This document shows, piece by piece, positions 39,501 to 50,312 of a DNA stretch of 64,000 nucleotides (positions are counted from its first letter, which is position 1; each line of letters starts with the position of its first letter). The notes beneath the pieces were generated by a model. That model saw only the letters and a program-made list of their open reading frames with translations, was not told where the DNA came from and searched no databases. Position numbers and translations under genes: made by a program. The DNA is from Octopus vulgaris (taxonomy: Eukaryota): contig OX597815.1 of the NCBI GenBank assembly GCA_951406725.2, positions 92,132,001 to 92,196,000 on the forward strand, written 5' to 3'.

Positions 39501-42500
39501 AAAGTCATCATTATTTGAATCCTATTCAAAGGCTTTTAAAATTCAATCATTAAAAATATTTCTAAAACAAACAATGGAAAAAAAAATATCGTAAGATTCT
39601 TAAAAAAAAAAAAAAAAAAAAAAATGAAGGCTGGCAAGACCAAGCAACAATCTGGTGTCCAATAGATCTACAGAAATTCTAAAGAACTATTATTCTGAAC
39701 ACAAGAATATATACTATAAAAGTAATTCCATGAAACCAAGTAAATTTTATATACAAATACTTTTATTTTAATTAAGGTATTGAAGTTAGGACCTGAACTT
39801 ATTTCAATGCTAGAAGCAGTATTATAAATCAAATGAGCTCAAGTTTTCTAAGTCCACTATTTTGCTCAAAAGAATAGAAAAGAAAATCTCTCGAAACTTT
39901 TAGGTGATAATCAGCTAAGAGTAACAAGAAATTCTAACAATCCATGCCAAAATAAATAACAAAATAAAAAGTATTAAACACAAAATATTTATAATCAAAC
40001 AGTTCAAGTATTCTCACAGAAGACTTGATCAACAGCAATAATTTCAGTTCAAATCTTGTTTGAAACAAAATCAAAGGAACTTACACATCTTTAAAAGATG
40101 GATTAAAACAATGTTAAATATGTCAAAATTTATATTTACCTGATCTTCGGGTAAATCCCTCTTGGGCTTTTTTATTTGCCTGTTACTCTCTCTTCTTAAG
40201 GGTATTTTAGCTGATGACGAGAGCTTATTATCAAACTTAGGCTCATAGACAGACGATGGGTTATAAACTGATGGAACTGTAGCAGGACCAATGCTGCCAG
40301 GAGTAGTTGTATCTGCTTTCCGTTTAACACCTTTCTTTGTCTGCAAGATAAATATTGACATTCAATTTTAACACAATGTGTTGCTAAACATTTACATCTG
40401 TCCCTACCTAATCAGCAGTTTTCTAGAAGAGTATGAACACTTAATACATATCAAAACAAATTATTGATTAATAAACCAATTACAGTGTTATTTTTAACAG
40501 ATTTCTGAAAATATTAGTTTTATAATTATCATAAATAGTAACATTATTTGAAAAGGATCAAGTCAAAGTGGGTTACCTTTGTAGGTTGAGATGGTGGTAA
40601 AACAGTTCCTTGAACTTGTGAGGATTCTGACTCTTCTTCCTTCAAGGATTTAACAATAGTGGCTGACTGGTTAGCAGTGTAATTACGGACTGGTGAAGCT
40701 ACAGGAGAGGTTACCTGAGTTGGTGCTGCAGTAGTTGGAGCTGCTAAAGCAGCCTGGGATGCTGGAGGAGCAACTGGTGCAGCACATATTGTTGGAGCAG
40801 AAGAGGGAGGTGGAACAGCAGTGGCACAGGAAGCAGATGCAGAATTGGCAGCATTAGCAGCAGATGAGGAAGAGCCTCCTTTAGAACTTGTTGCCTTCTT
40901 AGGGGGTACAGTAGTTTCAACTTCCTAAAAATATAATAGACATCCAGTAACTCAATAAACCGACATTTACTTTAAATGTTCAATAAATAATATACCATTC
41001 ATACTATACTCATTAACTCACCTCTTGAGGCATTTGAGCCACCTTTTGCAGGAATAATTTTTCTAAAGTCTGGGCCATAAGAACAATATCCTGAAATTAT
41101 AAAAAAAAATGCAAACGATTAATGGAGTTTCAAAATACAAAGCATATACATAATTGCATGAAAAATAATCTTGTTTTAACTGATTATTCATTTTCTCGAT
41201 TAATTGTCCCCAGATTGTAACTGAAGATAATAAAAGCCATCTAGTCTTATATTGTTGAAAGTGTTAAAAACAAATGTAAAATACACCTTCTTACCTCGCC
41301 AGGTTTGTTATAGACATAACAATTTGTGAACATAGTGTTGAAGTCATTGATACACTCCTTTGCACTGTGATAATAATTTGTTTCAAGGCGCTTTTTTATA
41401 GTCCCCAGATCCATTGGGAACTTAATAATTTTGTGATAATCCTACAAAGATAAATATGAAATTTGTAATTATATGACCAACAATGATGTCCACAAGTTTT
41501 CAACTTGTCTAAAACTTTAGCAAATTCTAAACAAGTTTACTGAATCTGTACATCACTACATCCACTCCTTAACACTACCCAATGTCTACATTTATCACAT
41601 ACACTTCCTTATTTATCATTACAACACTTGTTTTTTATTCATCATATTCACTCCTTCTCATTCACCACCCCTAACCATTTCTCAGTCTCCTATACATTCT
41701 TGTAACCTCTACCACCCTCATTCCCTGTTCTCCTGTCTACATTTACTTCCACTCACCACATACCTTCAGGGTCCACCCAAACAATTCAACAACACTATTT
41801 TTATTACCCGCTCTCTTTCCAACTCTATCTCAGTCACTCCCACCCTCTCATCTACAGTGTAAGTAACCTTCACAAGAAGACCCCCACTCTGTTCTGGCCT
41901 CTTCTCTCCTAGCATAAAGCTGCCTTCCTTTCCTCCCTTCTTTACTGTAGTCCTGCAAGCTGGATGCCGACCACACTAGTTTCATGAACGAAGCATCCAA
42001 CTGTAGAAACCAGGCCCTCTTCATTAAATCATTTCATGTTGACCTGCTCCTTACACAATACACATCTTTCTCCTGTTTACTGTATGATTACTTGTATTCT
42101 GATGCTCTTCTTCCCTTCAGTACTGCCACTTAGCATCTACAAACCCCTACCTGCCCTCCAATTATGTATCACTGATCAACTCTTCATTCCTGTCTATCAT
42201 TCACTGCATTCATACATCAGCCCAACCCAATCTCAAGTCATCTGCTATTCTTCCCTACTATTCATATTTATCAATTGACTACTCACATCTCAACCTATGT
42301 TCATCATTCAACATTCTTAATTTGTTTACTCATATATTTTTACTGTTTGTTGCCACTCCTATTCACCTTCTTGTACCTTGAGGGTACCCTGACACCTTGT
42401 GAACACTATTTTGATATCTTTCTCCAGCTTCATTCTGCTCTTCTACAATGTGAGTAGCCATGCAGTTCCACTACAGAAAAATACCTTCTTTCATTACTCC

Positions 42501-42638
42501 TCAATCTATCATTACCTAGAACAAAACTACATATCTCTTTCTACTATTGTTCCACTCAGCCGAAGAGGATCTTTTGCAACTTAAAATACACAAATTACAC
42601 ATTTGTATATGTGTATTTAATATATGTGTGTGTTTGTG

Positions 42639-42694
<56 letters not shown>

Positions 42695-45600
42695 TTTATA
42701 TGTAGAGCTTCGACTTCAAATTTGGCATTTTTACCCTCAGCCTAGCCAGCATCAATTTCAAATATCTTTGTAATTGTCAACTTTGTCAGAATTGTAAAAG
42801 AAGTTTTGTAAAGGATTACAAAGTTTCATACAAACTGTCATATATATATACACACACGCGCACACATACATTTAGTACATTACCTTAAAAAAAACACTAC
42901 ATACTGTGGGTGTGTATTATATATTATATGAATGTGAGTGTATGTGAGTTTAGCCCCCAAAACGCTCTAAAACTGTGTGTCCTCAAGAAAAAAGAATTTG
43001 ATTTTCGAAACCTGCAATCCAAAGAGGTCATTCATAAATAATAATAAAAAATATAATTTGCCACAAGAAATAACTTTTAGCTTGATAACTCTCTTACTCT
43101 CTGTAACCACCAGTCTATCTCTTATTTATCACTATCTCTGTGTACATGTATTTCTCATGCACTGATTTTATTTTGTTCGCTAGCAGAGATACTCGGCGTT
43201 GCTTGGGATTAAAATGGCATAGTTTGTATATAATATATTACAGTTATGTTGAAACAGGTGATATGGGAAAGTGCAGCATTGACAAAAAAACATTTGTGGA
43301 GTAAATGACTGGCTAATTTTACTAAGCAACATGATATGCGTCTGTTTGGAGTATTTCAGGCCCTAACCTGTCATGGAAAATTGGGGGTGAGGGTTACGCG
43401 TTTTTGAATGCACCGAAAAGCTGTCAGTGGATATACTCTCTTTTGCAGTAGTCAGCGCTGTATCTAACATGACCCATCATCTGAAATTTTGACACAACCT
43501 TTGGGTTTGTTGTCATACATCACTCATAAATTAAATTTGGAGGAGCTGTGGTTGTTCATTTGTGGGTAACAGAGAACCATAGACTTGCCTATGAATTTTG
43601 ACGATGCAGTAAACAATGTCATTTGAAATGCAGAGTCGTATTGTCTGATATTGTTCATAAAATCCTTTGACTGCCTTCTAGAAGATCCACAAGAGGTTGA
43701 GAAGGAGCTGGTAGTGCTGGCAATGTTACCTGACCGCCTGAGCAGCACATACCATTTGTTTCATTTGAAAATTTTAAGCCTTTACAGAAATGACAATTTG
43801 TGTTTAGCACACCAATTTGGACAGAGTTATTTTTATAAGAATGGGAAGGATCATATCTGAAAACAGCATCAGGAGTTGTGAAAAATGAAATTGTATGTAG
43901 TCTGTTTCTGAGAGCTAATTCTATTGGACCTCTGTCTAATCATTAAAACATTGATTTAATGATACAGCATCAAATGCTGCAGCATGCATTTACTTATCTT
44001 GGGAGAGTCTCATCTCCCTTTTCTCTTGAGGCTGTTTGACGTGCTGCAGCATGCCTTTGCTGATCTCGAGAAAATCTCATCTCGCTTATCTCTTGAGACT
44101 CTCACCTTCAGTTTTCTACAATTCTCCTTGCTTTATACTTGTTTCTAGAGATTACATATTTTCTTTGGTGGCATATTTTTTTTAGTATCGTAAACAAAAA
44201 ATTATACATTAATCCCTATTTTTGTAAGCTGCTGTATGTATGTAGTAGGTTTTATTTTTGGATGCAGTATAAATTAACCGTATAGAAGCACATGTATGAA
44301 CTGCTAATTTAACGGTGAACAGTAAATATGTATTTTTATATACCTTGACCTGCCACCTTTTTGTCAAGAGTTTCACCTCCAGCCATTCGTTATGTCAGTT
44401 AACACACACTGACACACCATTCTGCTGTGGTGGCCGTAAAGACAGAAAGTTGCCAATGTATAACGTTGGTCACATTAGGATGTAAATTACTCATTTATAA
44501 TAGAAATAAGATGATCTTTGTAATTTTGGTTGAAACTGAAAGTGTGAAACTATTCTCATTTTCTAATGAAACCTGGTCATTGTAGAGCAGTGTCTTTCAA
44601 ATAACCATAGCTGGTTACTGAGATAACGTAGAATATATGTAAATGAAAATATAGTTTATTTGGTAGCCAAAAAATTACTGAATATTGTATGTCAAAATGG
44701 GCAACCCAATTTTGGAATGCATAAGGAACATACGCGTGCGTGCACACACACACACACACACTCTCTCTCTCTCACTTTTAGAACATACATAAGGTATGGA
44801 ACATCAGCATTTCTCTGTCACCTGCTATCCCTGTCTTTCATCTTCTATAGAAACTTGTTTTCTCTCCGTTTCTTTCTCTTGCCTGTCTTTTTCTCATTTT
44901 GCGTTTCTCTCACTGATTCCGTAAAAATTTATTTGAAGAGAGCAGAAATTGAAAGAAGAGAAAGCAAAAAGGACAGAGAGAAAGAAAGCGAAGGAGATGA
45001 GAAAGTGAAAGATGTATGCATGTGTATGAGAGAAAGAGAGAGACAGAAAAAGAGGTGTGCATGTGTGTGAGAGAAAGAGAGAGACAGAGAAAAAGAGATA
45101 GAGTGAATGAGTGAAAGTGTGTGTTGTGATGATTGATGTATTTTAAGATACACACATATAGAAAATGTGACGTCATTGTCATCATTGTATAAATGTGTAC
45201 AATTGTTTATTTGTGGAAAAGATTATAATGTTAAATTTTTGTAATGCAAATATGTAAATGGAAATTAAGTTTAGTTTCTAGCCGAAATAGGACTGAATCT
45301 TTTGATACCCCATACATCAAAAATCAGTAACTTGGTTTTGGAATGCATAAGGAATACATATATATAGGACAGACTTCTTTCAAACTGAAAGTATTATCTC
45401 ACATTACAATAGAGATGGAATACTGAAATAATCTAAGAGATGAGAGATTGCTCTGGGCTCGCATTAGGCTAGTTGAAAATTTTCTTGGCCCATGGCAATG
45501 CATGGACCCTAAGTAAAGCACGTGTAAAATTTGAATGAAATCGGTTGCGTAGTTCTCGAGTTTTAGGGATTCAGAAGCAGACACACACATTCTCATCTTT

Positions 45601-48160
45601 ATATATATATATATAGATAACTGTATCTTCTAAAGTTTACTTTCATTTTATCACAGCTATTAAGTACAAATCCTGTTTTCTTATTGAGTGAAAATGATCA
45701 AGCAGTAACATTTTTCTAACATTTCTCTGGAATATATGGATCACAAATTTGGATTCAGTGTGAAAAAAAGCACATCAGTATACTAAATTTGAAAATTTTC
45801 ACTTACTTATAAATTTCAAAATCTGTGATTATAACATTTTTCACTTTTCTCATGGTAAGTTTTTCCCCCTTTCTATATATATTTCCCATGCTCTCTCTCA
45901 CTCACTATATGTTTTTCTTATACACAAGGACTTACTCTGGTGTGGGTAGGAGATTAAAAATTTAAATTACAAAATTTTATTTTTGTTGTTGCTTAAATCC
46001 CAGGAATGGACTACTGCATCATCATTCCATAAAATGTGTTTATGGGAAGAAAAAATTCCAAAACATCAATACATATTAGAGTGACAAAGAAACAAGGTAG
46101 GTACCAGGTGGTTGTGAGATACGCTAGAAACAACAGCTAAATCTCTCTTAAATCACACACCTTCCCACCTGAAAATTATTTTGAAATTAGAAACAGACTG
46201 CAGAACAGACCTGTTCATATTTTAAAACTATAATATAAAAAAATTGGGGAAAAAAGCCAACTTTTAGGACTTGGGGTAGGTGGGTTTAATGAAAAAAGAA
46301 AAAAATTCCTTGTTTTTAAATTGTTTCATGTTTAAAAATAAGGAATGAGGATTGTAATGATGATTGCTAGTTTCCAAATTAGTTTTTAAAAAGCTTCAAG
46401 GCTCCTCTCATCATTTTAAGTGCATATGGAGGGGGGGTCATTTTTTTTTTATTTTTTTAAACTAAGATGTCTCTCAGGTTTGTAAGTAGATAGTGCAAAA
46501 TGTAAGAAAAAGACAAAATCAGTCCAAAATGGAGAGGAGGAGGGATTCGTAAATTCTCTCCTTACCAAATTCATTCAAAAATAGCTTTCATCAGTTTGGA
46601 GCTTAGATGACTAGCCCAAGGTGCCACACAATAAGACTGAAGCTGAAACTAGGAAGCAAGCTTTTCAAGCATACAATCATAGCTACACACACCATCATCA
46701 TCATTTTAACATTTATTTTTCTATGGACAGATGCTCTTCCTGTTCCAGAAGACTGGAAATGAATGATACCACCCATATGATGGTATCTCCTGATGTCAAA
46801 ACTTTACATTCTGCCTACCAAATCCACTCATAATGTTTCAGTCAACCTGGGGTGATAGCAAAACACTTGCCCAAAATAACATGGGACCAATCCCAAGACC
46901 ATATGGTTAGGAAATGAATGAACAGTCATACTAGTAGCTCACAAACATGCACACACATAAGTAGATACATATCATTTAACCCTTTCGATAACAACCCAGC
47001 TGAAACCACCTCTGGCTCTGTAGTACAAATGTCTTGTTTTCATAAGTTCTGAATTAAAATCTTCCACCAAACATTAGTCACAATTTATGTTCCTATCACT
47101 AGCTTAATGATAACTAAATTATTTTACTAAATTCTTTGTTATATCTAAAATTAATTGAAAGAAACACAGAGCATCTCAAAATAAATACAGTAATGAAAGG
47201 ATTAACATCCATTTTCCACGCTGGCATGGTATAGACATATATAATAGGTTTCTTTCAGTGTCTGTTCAGAAGCTTTTACCGAGTGATTATATAGATACTG
47301 AGCCCCCAAAACCTACACTGTTGAGATGCAAATTCTTTCGTCACACAGCCATACCTATGTATACATACTATTAATCATTAAAACACAAATAGCGCAATAG
47401 CTAGATAACTGCAAACAAATGACACCTTTTGTATGAGGGTGGCATTTGTTTATAGTTAGTGTATGAAGCCAAAAATAAAGAGAAAGAACACATATGTATC
47501 CCACCAACTTGCAGTTTCTGTCCACCAAATCCCATTGCAAGATTTTGGGTGACCAGGGGCAATAGCAAAAGATACTTGCCAGAGTTTCCATGCAGTGTAA
47601 CTAAGTCCTTATTTATGTGGTTGCAATGCATACTTCAAACACAAAAACACCTTAACTTTATCAGCCAGAAAGAAGCTTTACTCCAAAACTGCTTTGGTAA
47701 GGTTTTAAACTTTTGTATTAGAACTTCTCAACCTCTGAAAGTGGTCTAATTCAGTCACCCTTAATTCCATACACAAAACCATGTCTTCAAACTTATTTCA
47801 ATATGATTTTATTTACAAAATACTGGCAATAGTTAATGTTACATTTCAAATACTTAAAAAGCTTAAAAATTTTAAGTAAAATATAAAACAATCAGATTAA
47901 AAGAATATATTACAATTTAAGCACTTTCAATTGTCAACAGGCCTTTAAAAAAAATTGCTTTTGTTGCTATCAAATACAAAAAAAGATATATTTACTGGTA
48001 AGTTAAGCTTCTCTGCATCAACTGGCTGATGGAAAGGCCAGGCAAACTGATGTTTCCAAACTGCTTTCACTACAACTTTAAGTAAATATTGTAGTTGATT
48101 TGTAAGCCGTCCTGGTTGACGCTTGCTTGAGTTCGAAGCATCACCAGACTGGTGATTAAC
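3471..48160 (-). CDS. BRD4: BET-family double-bromodomain protein (BRD2/3/4/T, fs(1)h-like), multi-exon, partial at both ends in this window
   Basis: 21 GT-AG exons with compatible phases give 1134 uninterrupted codons with BD1, [14 protein letters not shown]2, ET, SEED and EQERRRREA motifs. BRD4 is used as the closest-architecture name, not a tested orthology. Confidence 0.95.
5310..5395 (-). CDS. BRD4: BET long-isoform exon, charged helix
   Basis: [28 protein letters not shown](R); 86 nt, phase 0/2. Confidence 0.88.
5850..6530 (+). mobile_element. CR1/L2-type LINE 3' fragment with (ATT)n tail
   Basis: [29 protein letters not shown]...NTRGH..K...[14 protein letters not shown] with an internal stop; ends in attattatt. 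Confidence 0.88.
6812..6952 (-). CDS. BRD4: BET long-isoform exon, conserved SWxSL...FxxFRR..EKEER block
   Basis: [16 protein letters not shown]...[17 protein letters not shown]; compare BRD4 KNMGSWASL...SFEQFRRAAREKEER; 141 nt. Confidence 0.92.
7326..7405 (-). CDS. BRD4: BET long-isoform exon
   Basis: [26 protein letters not shown]; 80 nt, strong pyrimidine tract plus ccag, gtatg donor; supplies the required phase 1 to 0 change. Confidence 0.85.
7733..7792 (-). CDS. candidate 60-nt cassette exon of the long isoform
   Basis: ttttag|CT GAG AGA...AAA G|gtatga; (S)[19 protein letters not shown]; only the phase-1 frame is open, matching the flanking exons. Confidence 0.6.
9062..9307 (-). CDS. 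BRD4: BET long-isoform exon, Pro/Ser-rich
   Basis: (I)[30 protein letters not shown]...SASGGTV; 246 nt, phase 1/1, gtaagt donor. Confidence 0.85.
10936..11037 (-). CDS. BRD4: BET long-isoform exon with LPxQPSRP motif
   Basis: (A)[33 protein letters not shown]; compare human BRD4-L LPQQPSRP; 102 nt, phase 1/1. Confidence 0.88.
11629..11896 (-). CDS. BRD4: BET long-isoform exon, Q/H/P-rich disordered region
   Basis: [15 protein letters not shown]...HHHYQQQQQ...TSPAVV; 268 nt, phase 0/1. Confidence 0.85.
12383..12423 (-). CDS. BRD4: BET long-isoform exon 1
   Basis: (E)[13 protein letters not shown]; 41 nt, tttgcag/gtaaga, phase 1/0 bridges the SEED exon to the next exon. Confidence 0.8.
13391..13399 (-). 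CDS. candidate 9-nt microexon adding DDS after SEED
   Basis: ttcattgcaag|ATGATTCTG|gtgagt; consensus donor, phase 1/1, frame-preserving. Confidence 0.3.
16253..16262 (-). promoter_or_regulatory. candidate polyadenylation signals for the short isoform
   Basis: Overlapping AATAAA hexamers on the minus strand about 1.55 kb after the stop, followed by U/GU-rich sequence; other AATAAA at 16483 and 16904. Confidence 0.3.
17814..17947 (-). CDS. BRD4: BET exon: SEED domain; short-isoform stop TAG at 17816-17814, long-isoform donor after 17819
   Basis: (D)[43 protein letters not shown]; sequence TCAG|GTTAG. Confidence 0.93.
18193..18312 (-). CDS. BRD4: BET exon: post-ET coiled coil
   Basis: (P)[39 protein letters not shown]; resembles vertebrate KKxELExRLQDVSGQL; 120 nt. 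Confidence 0.93.
19715..19888 (-). CDS. BRD4: BET exon: ET domain core
   Basis: (G)[57 protein letters not shown]; 174 nt, phase 1/1; absent from the ORF track. Confidence 0.97.
20190..20342 (-). mobile_element. decayed tRNA-derived SINE of the 30572 family
   Basis: cacttgtccaaggtgccacacagtgagattgaacc...cacagcca; similar remnants near 21050-21135, 22960-23075, 46800-46920 and 58920-59060. Confidence 0.7.
21217..21350. repeat. perfect 60-bp tandem repeat (about 2.2 copies) in a polypurine tract
   Basis: Lines 21241 and 21301 are identical for their first 50 nt; purine-rich from 21145 to 21640. Confidence 0.9.
21860..22625 (-). mobile_element. decayed CR1/L2-type LINE RT fragment
   Basis: [38 protein letters not shown]; same family as 28518-30520. 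Confidence 0.9.
23430..23800 (+). mobile_element. RTE LINE 3' ORF fragment
   Basis: [29 protein letters not shown]. Confidence 0.75.
24540..25620 (+). mobile_element. decayed RTE LINE (RT to C-terminus)
   Basis: [15 protein letters not shown]...[37 protein letters not shown]; [10 protein letters not shown] remnant near 25130. Confidence 0.8.
25770..27285 (-). mobile_element. RTE-clade LINE, 5'-truncated and frameshifted
   Basis: [70 protein letters not shown]. Confidence 0.93.
27394..27873. mobile_element. pogo/Tigger-like non-autonomous DNA transposon
   Basis: Left end caccgtgaatcctctagtatagtccac..gagtataa after a TA run; partial inverted end tgcggattatactc. Confidence 0.5.
27905..28125 (-). 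mobile_element. CR1/L2-type LINE 3' fragment
   Basis: [42 protein letters not shown]. Confidence 0.85.
28518..30520 (+). mobile_element. CR1/L2-type LINE, 5'-truncated ORF2 pseudogene with 3' tail
   Basis: [53 protein letters not shown]; YADD degraded to YADM; several stops and frameshifts. Confidence 0.95.
30572..30942 (+). mobile_element. near full-length tRNA-derived SINE
   Basis: A box tggctgtgtgg, B box ggttcagtccc, body and 3' tail ggcggtgctccagcatggccgcagtc...ctgaaac; lies directly after (TA)n. Confidence 0.9.
30975..31182. mobile_element. fragment of the 43180-45617 Helitron family
   Basis: ccgtaaaa..tttatttg..gagagcagaaatt and gttaaattttt..aatgcaaatatgt are shared with 44920-45270. 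Confidence 0.6.
31420..31785 (+). mobile_element. second SINE family with internal tandem duplication
   Basis: gagctggcagaaacgtt...gagttcaaattccg...gcctttcatcctttcggggtcgat; core and tail occur twice. Confidence 0.85.
32041..32216. repeat. 83-bp-arm imperfect inverted repeat with 10-nt loop (Penelope-like terminus with decayed hammerhead)
   Basis: Arms 32041-32123 and 32134-32216; loop reads CTGAAGAG on the minus strand; a related fragment lies at 57361-57391. Confidence 0.85.
32335..33085 (-). mobile_element. RTE LINE 3' end including 3' UTR
   Basis: [36 protein letters not shown]...GRGSPRKTW, then a UTR ending in atgatg repeats. Confidence 0.9.
33790..34192 (-). CDS. BRD4: BET exon: motif B, Lys-rich BID, start of ET domain
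   Basis: [23 protein letters not shown]...[28 protein letters not shown](G); 403 nt, phase 0/1. Confidence 0.96.
34624..34818 (-). CDS. BRD4: BET exon: BD2 end, NPS acidic-Ser region, start of motif B
   Basis: [15 protein letters not shown]...[21 protein letters not shown]; 195 nt, gtaagt donor. Confidence 0.95.
35286..35414 (-). CDS. BRD4: BET exon: BD2 helices B-C
   Basis: [43 protein letters not shown]; 129 nt, uncommon aag acceptor. Confidence 0.95.
35580..35802. mobile_element. hAT (Charlie-like) MITE
   Basis: TIRs cagtggttctcaa / ttgagaatcactg; 8-bp flanks tactaggc and ttttaggc (6/8). Confidence 0.8.
36478..36683. mobile_element. piggyBac-like MITE (CCCTTTAGCATT termini, TTAA-type flanks)
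   Basis: Opposite-orientation relatives at 49887-50312, 50700-50923 and 53117-53313. Confidence 0.7.
37164..37265 (-). CDS. BRD4: BET exon: BD2 WPF/ZA loop
   Basis: [34 protein letters not shown]; 102 nt. Confidence 0.97.
38113..38208 (-). CDS. BRD4: BET exon: BD2 helix Z
   Basis: [32 protein letters not shown]; 96 nt. Confidence 0.95.
39309..39404 (-). CDS. candidate alternative 96-nt cassette exon between motif A and BD2
   Basis: tttcag|ATG...AAG|gttggc, phase 0/0, [32 protein letters not shown], long upstream pyrimidine tract; donor is weak. Confidence 0.35.
40140..40340 (-). CDS. BRD4: BET exon: motif A
   Basis: [14 protein letters not shown]...[19 protein letters not shown]; 201 nt. 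Confidence 0.96.
40577..40924 (-). CDS. BRD4: BET exon: Ala/Pro/Ser-rich BD1-BD2 linker
   Basis: [17 protein letters not shown]...VLPPSQPTK; 348 nt open, phase 0/0, AG/GT ends. Confidence 0.9.
41022..41090 (-). CDS. BRD4: BET exon: BD1 helix C
   Basis: [23 protein letters not shown]; 69 nt, gtgag donor. Confidence 0.96.
41295..41441 (-). CDS. BRD4: BET exon: BD1 core
   Basis: [49 protein letters not shown]; 147 nt, contains the acetyl-lysine-binding Asn. Confidence 0.97.
43180..45617 (-). mobile_element. internally deleted Helitron with RepHel N-terminal remnant
   Basis: 5' TCTATATATA end, 3' hairpin plus CTAG end; minus-strand [29 protein letters not shown] and [18 protein letters not shown] match Helitron RepHel N-terminal motifs. 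Confidence 0.82.
46977..47205. mobile_element. piggyBac-like MITE, second family
   Basis: ttaaccctttcgata ... gtaatgaaaggattaa termini. Confidence 0.6.
47996..48160 (-). CDS. BRD4: BET exon: BD1 N-terminal part
   Basis: [55 protein letters not shown]; 165 nt, tag acceptor, gtaa donor, phase 0/0. Confidence 0.95.
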
Positions 48161-48492
48161 CTACAAAAGAAAGTAAATATATAATAGCATGATAGCAATA
48201 TTAAAGAAGTAAAAAATATACAATAAAATTAAACATAAATAAATGAATAAATAGAAGAAATGTATGCCAGCCATATTTAAGCAATCTGCTTAGGCAATCA
48301 GTAACTCTAGGAAGAGCATTCAATCTGTTAAATCCATCCCCACTTCCCCACCAGGATCACATCAACTGATGCAGTAAGTGTTAGATAGTAAACAATGTCT
48401 AATAGCAAGATGTGAGACCAGTCCAACTAACATAAATGATACCTATAATGATGATATAAAGACAACCATCCCATAAAATTAAGATTCTAAGT

Positions 48493-49004
48493 CAAGAGTC
48501 ACCAAACTTCTTCCACGGTGGGTCAGATAACCAAGAGATGGATGAGCACGGGCTGCATAATGATTTTGTTCAATACAGTACAGTCAATAAACAACAAAGA
48601 CAACCAACATATTTATTTACCAAAAAGTTATCGAAGAAAGCAATGTTAGCAATAAGATAGTTATATCACACCCAGCGTGCACATATCCAAATCTTATAAA
48701 CTAGGCAGCAAAAAAAGTTAGTGAAATTTGTGAAACTGGTGTTTAGCTCTTAAGATATCATTAATATTTGCTTTAGAATTACTGCATCCAATCAAGAGAA
48801 TTGCTTTCAAATGTTCATCAGTCAACTTCATTCGATGTGCTGACTTCACATACTTTATTTTTGAAAATCTTTGCTCACAGACAAGTTATTCCAAAGACTG
48901 ATGCCATACTGGAGGCAAATGAACTCTCATTGCAGGTATTTACACAGAAGTTAGTGTGATGGCAGACTGGATCTGGCCTGTGAGCCATAGTTTGGTGACT
49001 CCTG
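48493..49004 (-). mobile_element. hAT (Charlie/SPIN-like) deletion derivative
   Basis: 16-bp TIRs caagagtcaccaaact / agtttggtgactcctg; TSD ttctaagt/ttctaagc; minus-strand CEQRFSKIKYVKSAHRMKLTDEHLKAIL is the hAT C-terminal dimerization motif. Confidence 0.9.
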
Positions 49005-49886
49005 TTCTAAGCAAACAGATGTCTGCTCATACTATTTATTAGTTGTTTTGCACACACTGATCAAATTGTGAAACTCTTCTGGTGTAAATCTTGTATCCTA
49101 GCCATTGTAATGTTTGAATTAGTCTTTTCCAATGAGGTCTATCTATGCCCAACCATCATGGGAAGGGAAAGGCTAATTGATATATCAATGTCTTTCAGGA
49201 CAGACTATGTAGCCAAATTTGCAAACATTTATTTTAGTAGATTCAATTTTTTTTTTCACTGAAAAATGTATAGAAGCCCTGTGTGTTATTCATACCAAAG
49301 TGCATGAAATGCACTAGGACCCACTTTTCCATCAGTACTTGGTATACAAGTGTAGCAAAATGTGTCCACTCTGGTGTGAAGTTTTCCTAGATGCCTTTCA
49401 ATAAGCAACTTCTTTTATTAATGCAACAAAGTATGTTTCAAAATAGTCGTCAGTTTTGGAGTATGTACAACCAGCAACTGAGAATCATTTTGATCAGTCA
49501 TTCAAGGAACTTAAGCCTACACTACAAGCTTTGTATGGCCTATCTTTGTTTCCTAAATTCTCAGGCATCTCAACACCACTGTAGTTAACAAATGTTAGTC
49601 CTCAACAGAATGGAAGGCTCTTCTAACTCAATGAAACCCCATAATTTGAATACATGAATTTTCAGAAAAATTTAATTGTAGAATCAAGCATTTTAAACCC
49701 TTTTCCTTTCTTTCTTTTTTTTTTTGGCCCTGACTTTTGAAAATAATTACAAATTCTGTATCACTTTGTCAGTATTAAGCTGGTAGTTGGAACATAAATT
49801 TGAAATTTTGATAGGAAGTTTTAACGTAGATGATTCCCATCTAAATTTTCAAAGACCATAACACTGCAGTTAGACTTCCAAAGATT

Positions 49887-50312
49887 TTAACCCTTTAGCA
49901 TTCAGATTATTCTGTCAAATGTAATGTGCATTTATTGACATTATTTTAAATTACAAATGCATTATCTTGTAGCTTTGAGATTTAGATACAATTATTTACA
50001 TTTGACGGATATTTGCCCTCATCTTGTTTGCTGTTAACATTTCGGCTGATATAACCTCCCGTCAAAATCAGGTGTCATGGGGAAATTTCAAACCTGGGTT
50101 CTCATTTCTATTGTTATTATTATTCAGGTCACTGCCTGGAATCGAACTCGGAATCTTAGGGCTAGTAGCCCGCACTCTTAACCACTACGCCATATGGCGC
50201 ATTGTTTACTTTTAGAATGATATTCTAGGATAGGTGTGAGGCCAAATCTGGCCAATTTTAACTTAAAACAAGTAGAATATTTGAACCTAATACGGCTGGT
50301 TTAAATGCTAAA
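49887..50312. mobile_element. piggyBac-like MITE interrupted by a SINE
   Basis: ttaaccctttagcattcag...tttaaatgctaaa; uninterrupted copies at 50700 and 53117. Confidence 0.75.
50004..50200 (-). mobile_element. third tRNA-derived SINE family, nested insertion
   Basis: Minus-strand head GGCGTAGTGGTTAAGAGTGCGGG...GAGTTCGATTCCAGG; imperfect duplicated flanks attatttacattt / attgtttactttt. Confidence 0.8.

Noticed and set aside
50130-50195. tRNA-like sequence (also 30575-30640)
   Set aside because: A and B boxes are present, but there is no complete acceptor stem and each continues into a SINE body.
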